IMG/VR virus record: IMGVR_UViG_3300017754_004896
Origin: an uncultured virus (IMG/VR IMGVR_UViG_3300017754_004896)
Lineage: Duplodnaviria; Heunggongvirae; Uroviricota; Caudoviricetes
Reading direction: 5' to 3' (one strand)
Length of the DNA: 64,000 bases
The position numbers and the translations under genes were made by a program. This document shows, piece by piece, positions 58,097 to 64,000 of this stretch; position 1 is the stretch's first letter; each line of letters opens with the position of its first letter. The notes under the pieces are model-generated. The model did not search any database, had not been told where the DNA came from, and was given only the letters and a program-made list of their open reading frames with translations.

Positions 58097-59160
58097 TTCG
58101 GTTATACTCGAAGAAGCACAGGGGCTCGTTTGATATCGTAGAGCTCGGGTTGATACGAGCTTTGAGGGCGAGTGACAACCTTGCGGGCATCGTTGACCTA
58201 GACAAGGACGAGCCCGACCCTGGAGTCACTGCGAAGCGCGCTATTGTTGTCAGCAACCCGTTCTTGACGCAGTTGGCACACCTGCGAGGGATCCATGAAG
58301 AGGTTTGGCTCGTTCTAGCCCCCAACAGCGAGGGAGTATCCCCCAACGTCCGGGAGTTACTGAGCGAGGAAATCTATTCGGTGGCGAAGGGGAAAGCAGT
58401 ACCGCTAGTTCAAGGGCTTTTCAGCCCCTCGAAGTGGGGAGAGCAAGTTTTGAAACGCACCTTCCCAACGATCCCCGTAAGACTTCTTAGGCACGGTGTG
58501 CTGAAAGAGTTCTTCTGTGACGTGCTGCAAAGGGACAAGGTCAGAAAGTCTTTCACCAACGAAGGCAAGTTCATTGTTCTGCACTCGACGAGTACCTTCA
58601 GCGACAGGAAGGGCACGAAAGAGCTGCTGGAAGCCTGGGCAGGATTCCAGAGGAAGGTGCCGTCTGCGGAGCTCTACATCGCTTGTCAGCCAGGCTTGTG
58701 GATGCAATTTCAGCAGCTAGCCGCCAAGTTTGGGGCGAAGAACGTCCACATGCAGAAGTTCTTCGGGACGCTGCTTGAGCCGTGGGCGCGGGTGCTGGGC
58801 GGAGTACATGCGGTCGTCCAGCCGTCGCGCGGAGAAGGCTTCGGGCTCGTTCCCCTGGAGGCGAGGGCTACAGGAACCCCCATCGTAGCTACTGATTGCA
58901 CAGGGCACTCGGAGCATGTGACGGTAGAGGATGGAGTTGTCGTGGTACCAACGCATGAGCTTTCGGATATCAACGATTATCCGAGGGCGAGGGCTCCAAG
59001 TCTGGAGGCCAAGGACATCGAATCGAGCCTGTGTGCTCTGTACGATACTTACTTGAAGCACCATGATGCAGCGGTCGAACGGGCGCCCTTCCTTCTTCGG
59101 GATTGGGCTTGGGAAAAGGTCGTCAACGAGGATTTGGAGTCAGCAGGATGGAGAAAATAA
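58093..59160 (+). CDS. GT-B (GT4-like) glycosyltransferase
   Basis: ATGA coupling; DRKG, PSRGEGFGLVPLEA..TGHSE. Confidence 0.9.
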   Translation: MIRLYSKKHRGSFDIVELGLIRALRASDNLAGIVDLDKDEPDPGVTAKRAIVVSNPFLTQLAHLRGIHEEVWLVLAPNSEGVSPNVRELLSEEIYSVAKGKAVPLVQGLFSPSKWGEQVLKRTFPTIPVRLLRHGVLKEFFCDVLQRDKVRKSFTNEGKFIVLHSTSTFSDRKGTKELLEAWAGFQRKVPSAELYIACQPGLWMQFQQLAAKFGAKNVHMQKFFGTLLEPWARVLGGVHAVVQPSRGEGFGLVPLEARATGTPIVATDCTGHSEHVTVEDGVVVVPTHELSDINDYPRARAPSLEAKDIESSLCALYDTYLKHHDAAVERAPFLLRDWAWEKVVNEDLESAGWRK

Positions 59161-59492
59161 CCCCGCAAGTTGAGCCCCAGGTGCCAGCTGCACCCCCTGT
59201 GCCGGAGGTCGCACCTGTAGTGCCCAGCCATTGGATGGACTACGACGGGGCCGCGGTTCTCGTTCAGCTCCGGCGGCCCATGCTGCTCGTGAGCTATCCA
59301 AACCAGGCAATCGAGCAAGACGGTGAGCTCGCTAAGACAGAGTACCTGCGGGGGATTTGTTCGGTGAGGGGCCCTGACCTGCATCGGAATATCACCGTGA
59401 TCACGCAGGACCCCTTTCAGCAGGGGCTGGTCGTTACGACGCTGATCCCTGTGGACCTGATCGCGTATATCTCGAAGGTGGATGCGCGCTAG
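59148..59492 (+). CDS. Hypothetical protein
   Basis: GGAG SD; overlaps the upstream stop. Confidence 0.65.
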   Translation: MEKITPQVEPQVPAAPPVPEVAPVVPSHWMDYDGAAVLVQLRRPMLLVSYPNQAIEQDGELAKTEYLRGICSVRGPDLHRNITVITQDPFQQGLVVTTLIPVDLIAYISKVDAR

Positions 59493-59938
59493 GAAGCGTC
59501 GCCATCTTCGATGGACCGGAGGAATCTCATGAAGTGAGGGTTCGCAAGGGCCCTCACTCCGTACCGGTCTTTCCGCAGTCTCCGGACATGAGCTATGATA
59601 TATCGCATCGACATGCCGGAGACTCGGAAGATAGCGAGAGCCGTCACGAGGGCGGAGCGGTTCCTCCCTAGATGGCAAGTGATGAGGATGGTTCGGCCCC
59701 TCTCCCACTCACGTTTGACCGCTTCCGCCGCCAGAACAGCCAGCGAGCAGTTCTCCGGGGATTCGTCGTCGGTCATGGGCGCATGGATCACGCAATCCAG
59801 GCCAGGGAACATCTCGAAGGGCGGCTGGTATTCCTCGGCGCAGAGCACGAGGGTGTGGAAGCCGGCATCCGCGAGCCCCCTTCCCGTTTTGGGTGCGGAA
59901 CCTATCCAGATTCGGGGGTAGAGGTTGGTTATGTCCAT
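59489..59938 (-). CDS. Dual-specificity/tyrosine protein phosphatase
   Basis: IWIGS, PMTDD, CX5R motif ITCHLGRNRS, NPHF. Confidence 0.9.
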   Translation of the reverse strand: MDITNLYPRIWIGSAPKTGRGLADAGFHTLVLCAEEYQPPFEMFPGLDCVIHAPMTDDESPENCSLAVLAAEAVKREWERGRTILITCHLGRNRSALVTALAIFRVSGMSMRYIIAHVRRLRKDRYGVRALANPHFMRFLRSIEDGDAS

Positions 59939-59957
59939 CACGACGTTGAATGCTAAC

Positions 59958-62900
59958 ATGGCCCAGCTCGCGGTGCTGCGAGGAAAGAACCGGCTGCAGG
60001 ACCTGGAGGCATGGGTTCAGGGGTTCGGGAAGGGAGACCCGAAGCGCGCCGAGCGCTACCTGGACGTCGTGCGTTCGTACTTCGGAGGGGCAGGAGCCGC
60101 CGCGCCGCAGGGAGAATGGCGAAGCTACGTCGGGGGAAAAAGCCCCCAAACGAAGAAGATATACCTGCACGCGATTACTGAATTCTTCGAGTGGATATCC
60201 CGTCTGAAGGGGCGTGTTGTCTCCCCGGAGGACGTGACGCGCGCGGATGCGGCCGAATACGTGCAGTTCTTGTCAAACCCTCGTCCCGGTATGGAGGCCG
60301 AGAAGGTAAAGGACGGGGACCGAAACTTCGACCGAAAAATCCTCGAGTACATCGAGAAGAAAGGGGAGGTCAGGTTTCACGAGCTTCTGCCCGTGCTCGC
60401 AAAGTGGAAAGGGAAAACCGACCAGCAGATTGCCGCGTTGATGGACATTGACCCAGCCAACGCCCAGGACTACGGGGTGGAGAGACGCTCCGAGTATCGT
60501 GGGATTCTAGGGCGGCTGGTAAACCAGCAGATTATAAAATGCACCCCTAGCGTGAGGACCCTTCGGAGGGAGAAATTCACTGAACACGGGGTGACACGAT
60601 ACCCTTACTCTCGATTGGGTATAAATCTCTGGGAAAAGGATGGGGTTCCTTTTGACTTCCTTTTCACATACGGTACCGTCGGGGAGCGGGTTGCCAAACG
60701 GTCAACGGTTGCGCTGAAAATCTCGGCGCTTTCGTCTTTCTGGGATGCACTATCCCAAGGGGAAAACAAGCCCGGGGGTGAACCTATTCTCAAGCACAAT
60801 ATCTGGAAGGAGCATGTCAAAATGCTCTCTTCGAGACTTCGTCAGGAGAAGAAGGACTCAGCATCGAAGAAGCTCCTGACAGCCGAAGAGATAGGGCAGT
60901 TGTTCGCCGCCCCGGTCAAGGACCTCGCTGGACTACGGGACCGAGCCATCATCTACCTACTTGCGTTCACCGGCATTCGCTCGAACGAGTTGCTCCAGCT
61001 GAAGCGGGGGACGCCGACGCAGCCGGAGAAGACCGCTGGCTGGTTCGAGGGAGGGGAAACACCCAAGATATTCGTCACCAGAAAACGAGGAAGACGGGAG
61101 TACATACCCTACCCTCACATTGCCTTGCACCATCTGCAGATATTCCAGCGGGAGATGGCCGCGTTGGCCGCAAAAGAAGGCGACCAATGGGAGAACCCGC
61201 AGAACCCCAACTACATCCCTAGCGAGGACAAGCGCTGGTTGTACCAGGCGCTCGGGTTGCCCAGTGCTCCGCTGTTCCCGCTACTGGGTGCATGGGGACG
61301 CAACAAGGGGGTGACGGGGCGGGTAAGACACCTTTCGAGGTCGGGGTTATTCTTGCTGCTGCGGCGTGCCGCGCAGCGAGCAGGGTTTACAGAGCAGCAG
61401 GTCAAGAGGGTTCACCCGCACGCCTTCCGACACTTCTTTGCGACGACCGCGAGGGCTGGAGGCATGCCTATCCACGAGATACAGGCGCGCCTCGGGGTAA
61501 CCAGCTTGACGACGCTTGAGGTGTACTTTGACGCGCCTCCTGAGGCTCAGACCCGTACCGCGGAAAGTGCGGTGCTTCGAGGGATGGGAGGAGCTTTCGG
61601 AGGAGGCGTCGAGCCCATACCCGAGCCCCCTCGAAGAGAGATCCAGGTGCCGCCGGAGAAGGTACCCGGGAAGCGCGCAGTGGGCGCCGAAGAGGTAATC
61701 GAGACCGTGGGAGAGCCTGCGCCGTTGGAGTCCCCGTTGGAGGTCGAGCCGGCACAGGTGCTGCCTCACGAGGGGTTCACCTTCTTCCGGGGGGTACCAG
61801 AGATGCCTCCCAACAAGCAAGCGGAGCCTCCCACAGTATTGCCGGTGCAGGTCGCCGCGGGGGAACTTGAGCGGGTGGACGAGCACGCGCGGAAAGCGCT
61901 TGTTGCAGAGAAGGCCCTCGTTAGCCTAGGCGCCCCCGAGTATTCCTACGAGGGGCTGCGGCAGCACGGAACGGGGGAGCTTATCTCTTTCACGTCTCGG
62001 AAGGATGAGAAGACAGGATTCAACCTTTCCCTTCCGCCTGACAAGCCGAAGTACCAGGGGAACAAGTTCCTGCTCGAGTACTACGACCCCTGGCCTCTCA
62101 ACTACGGGGTGGGGCAGAGGTCGCTCTTGCCGTGGTTCTTCGTAGGGGGGGCACCGGACAAGTACGGGTTCTTTTCTGGCGCCGCCCCGCTGCCCGTATG
62201 GAGCCGGGACCAGCTTTGCCCAGATACTGAGACGGGGGAGCACTTCCTCGTCGAGATAGAGGCCCTTTACCTAAAGTATCTGACCGGGGACGCGGAGAAG
62301 GGGCTATCAGCCAACCCAGCCCAGGCATACGGGCTGCTTCGCTGGTTCGGGTTCTTCGTGTATGCAGGGCACCGGCTGACGAAGTACTTCTATCTGCAGG
62401 ACGAGCGCCCAGAGCCGGAAGAGGGCCTGAACACGGTTCTAAGCTGGCATCCTTGGGCTTCTGACATCCCGCTTACTAAAGGGGAGAAGAACATAAGGGA
62501 GCACGACGAAAGGTGGCTGTTAGACTGGCTAGGTCGAAACGCACATACCTATAAGACATCCCTTAGAGAGTACAGAAACGTGGCTCGCAAGGAGTCAGGG
62601 GACCAGTGGCTGCTGGCTACCCTTGAAGGGGTAAGCCTGGTTGAGACATCGCTGCCGGCATGGTTTGCCGAGGACGACCCGCTGGCGTTACCGGAGGAGG
62701 AATGGGGAACGTTCGTCCGGTGGCTCGCCAATATCACGGGCAAGCGGTTCACCATGAAGCGGCAGGAGTCTCGGATGCAGACGGCGGCGTTGTCCGCGTC
62801 CAAGCAGCAAGCCAAACGTGCGCAGGTCGAGAAGGCCTTGCTGCTGTTCTTCGAGGCGAACACGGAATTTTACGAGGCAGAGAAGCTCCGGGACACCTCG

Positions 62901-64000
62901 GCGCAGGACGAAGCAGCCCAGACGATGCGTGCGGCGCTCGCGTCCTACATCGGGATCACGGTTGGCCTCGAGAAGCTATCCAAGGACGAACAGAAGGTGA
63001 TGTTCGCCGAGCGAGTGAAAATGGACACCTTCGTTCGCGTTTTCCAAGGGGTAGCGGAGCGGCTGAAGGTGCCCAACCCTCTCTCGAAGGAGTGGAGGGA
63101 GCATCCACGAGTTGCACAGCGCGCCGTCGAGATGGTGAACCGGTTGTACCCTCAGGTGAACGAAGAGGACGTACTTCTGAGCGGCAACGTAGTGGCCGAC
63201 AGTGAACTTTTCTCCCAGTTGGAGCTCGACCCGGATACTCGCAAGGTGGGGGTGAAGGAGGAATACCGGGAAGATTTCATCGAGAAGTTTGGGCAGGATC
63301 CAGAGCTGCTTCTTCGCCGGGCGCTTCGCGGGATGTGGGAGGCCGCGAAGGAAGAGGCCAAGAAGAAGGGTAAAGAGGTCCAGGCGGCAGGGAAGACGAC
63401 GGAGGTTCGGGAACGCAGCTACAATGTCATGCTCTCTTACCTGTCTTGGATCATACCTTCAGGGAAAGAGATGGAGCGGCGCGCGTTTGACATGCCCGAC
63501 GTGGGCAAGAGCCTTTTCAGGCGGTTGCCAAAGCAAGCCGAGTCAGGGGGAGCTCGCACGACCCGCAGTTACGAGCAACTGACCGACGAAGAGCGCATGT
63601 TCCTCCGGCTTGAGTGGATCCGGAAGTACCAGGAAAACATCGCCTCAATTGCTCAGGGGGACCGGTACTGGCAAGAAGAGCAGCAATACTGGCTGGAGGC
63701 AGAGCAGGAGCCCGAAGAGGAGGGTCGCTGGGGAGGACGCGTCGGTGTCCTCAGCATGCAGCGCAAGGCGGGTGGTACTACGCCGAACCCTCCAAATCGG
63801 CTATCAGATATCGGCGTAGCCGTGGCTGCATACGACTTGATGCTGGTTGCGTCAATCGAGGGCAGCACGGATGCTTCGGAAAAGGTCCGAAAGCAGGACC
63901 TGGCCGGCGGACGCGCCACCGGTCGCACGATGCGTCGCAACGGGGCGTATCAAGACTATGTGTACTCCGAGGCCGACACAGAGGAGACCGGTCGCTGGCA
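59958..64000 (+). CDS. int: Giant tyrosine recombinase/integrase, >1340 aa, partial at the window end
   Basis: Own translation: RDRAIIYLLAFTGIRSNE (R at 60978), TRKRG, HPHAFRH, LGV, EVY (Y at 61524); no in-frame stop seen up to 64000. Confidence 0.92.
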   Translation, partial: MAQLAVLRGKNRLQDLEAWVQGFGKGDPKRAERYLDVVRSYFGGAGAAAPQGEWRSYVGGKSPQTKKIYLHAITEFFEWISRLKGRVVSPEDVTRADAAEYVQFLSNPRPGMEAEKVKDGDRNFDRKILEYIEKKGEVRFHELLPVLAKWKGKTDQQIAALMDIDPANAQDYGVERRSEYRGILGRLVNQQIIKCTPSVRTLRREKFTEHGVTRYPYSRLGINLWEKDGVPFDFLFTYGTVGERVAKRSTVALKISALSSFWDALSQGENKPGGEPILKHNIWKEHVKMLSSRLRQEKKDSASKKLLTAEEIGQLFAAPVKDLAGLRDRAIIYLLAFTGIRSNELLQLKRGTPTQPEKTAGWFEGGETPKIFVTRKRGRREYIPYPHIALHHLQIFQREMAALAAKEGDQWENPQNPNYIPSEDKRWLYQALGLPSAPLFPLLGAWGRNKGVTGRVRHLSRSGLFLLLRRAAQRAGFTEQQVKRVHPHAFRHFFATTARAGGMPIHEIQARLGVTSLTTLEVYFDAPPEAQTRTAESAVLRGMGGAFGGGVEPIPEPPRREIQVPPEKVPGKRAVGAEEVIETVGEPAPLESPLEVEPAQVLPHEGFTFFRGVPEMPPNKQAEPPTVLPVQVAAGELERVDEHARKALVAEKALVSLGAPEYSYEGLRQHGTGELISFTSRKDEKTGFNLSLPPDKPKYQGNKFLLEYYDPWPLNYGVGQRSLLPWFFVGGAPDKYGFFSGAAPLPVWSRDQLCPDTETGEHFLVEIEALYLKYLTGDAEKGLSANPAQAYGLLRWFGFFVYAGHRLTKYFYLQDERPEPEEGLNTVLSWHPWASDIPLTKGEKNIREHDERWLLDWLGRNAHTYKTSLREYRNVARKESGDQWLLATLEGVSLVETSLPAWFAEDDPLALPEEEWGTFVRWLANITGKRFTMKRQESRMQTAALSASKQQAKRAQVEKALLLFFEANTEFYEAEKLRDTSAQDEAAQTMRAALASYIGITVGLEKLSKDEQKVMFAERVKMDTFVRVFQGVAERLKVPNPLSKEWREHPRVAQRAVEMVNRLYPQVNEEDVLLSGNVVADSELFSQLELDPDTRKVGVKEEYREDFIEKFGQDPELLLRRALRGMWEAAKEEAKKKGKEVQAAGKTTEVRERSYNVMLSYLSWIIPSGKEMERRAFDMPDVGKSLFRRLPKQAESGGARTTRSYEQLTDEERMFLRLEWIRKYQENIASIAQGDRYWQEEQQYWLEAEQEPEEEGRWGGRVGVLSMQRKAGGTTPNPPNRLSDIGVAVAAYDLMLVASIEGSTDASEKVRKQDLAGGRATGRTMRRNGAYQDYVYSEADTEETGRW

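Larger units (their letters stand above)
925..64000. mobile_element. Integrated provirus, probably tailless and membrane-containing; continues beyond the window
   Basis: Phage-type replication module, endolysin, spike genes, tightly packed divergent operons, terminal tyrosine recombinase, nearby tRNA; left boundary approximate. Confidence 0.85.

Noticed and set aside
59950..63940. The small track ORFs in the last 4 kb
   Set aside because: All are alternative frames of the single long recombinase ORF starting at 59958

Overview
The first ~0.9 kb looks like host DNA: tRNA-Asn(GTT) at 50..122 and a HhH-GPD-like gene. From ~0.93 kb to beyond the right edge is one integrated virus-like element of at least 63 kb, arranged as two divergent arms around a structured non-coding region (~30.8-32.6 kb). 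The left arm (minus strand) encodes a primase-helicase, Cas4/RecB-like nuclease, SF2 helicase, SSB-like protein, family A DNA polymerase, RuvC-like resolvase, three paralogous spike/fibre proteins and an endolysin. The right arm (plus strand) encodes a transglutaminase-like Cys protease, most of the element's ~20 C-terminally membrane-anchored proteins, a very basic 724-aa core-like protein, three tandem candidate jelly-roll capsid proteins, a J-domain protein and two glycosyltransferases. It ends with a minus-strand CX5R phosphatase and a >1340-aa tyrosine recombinase that the ORF track misses because it runs off the window. I recognise no terminase, portal, HK97 capsid, tail tube/sheath or packaging ATPase. 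Best inference: an unusually large tailless, membrane-containing bacterial virus whose structural proteins share an x-[LVIT]-G-[AED] motif, plausibly cleavage sites for its own protease. All protein assignments come from reading motifs by eye; no database searches were run.
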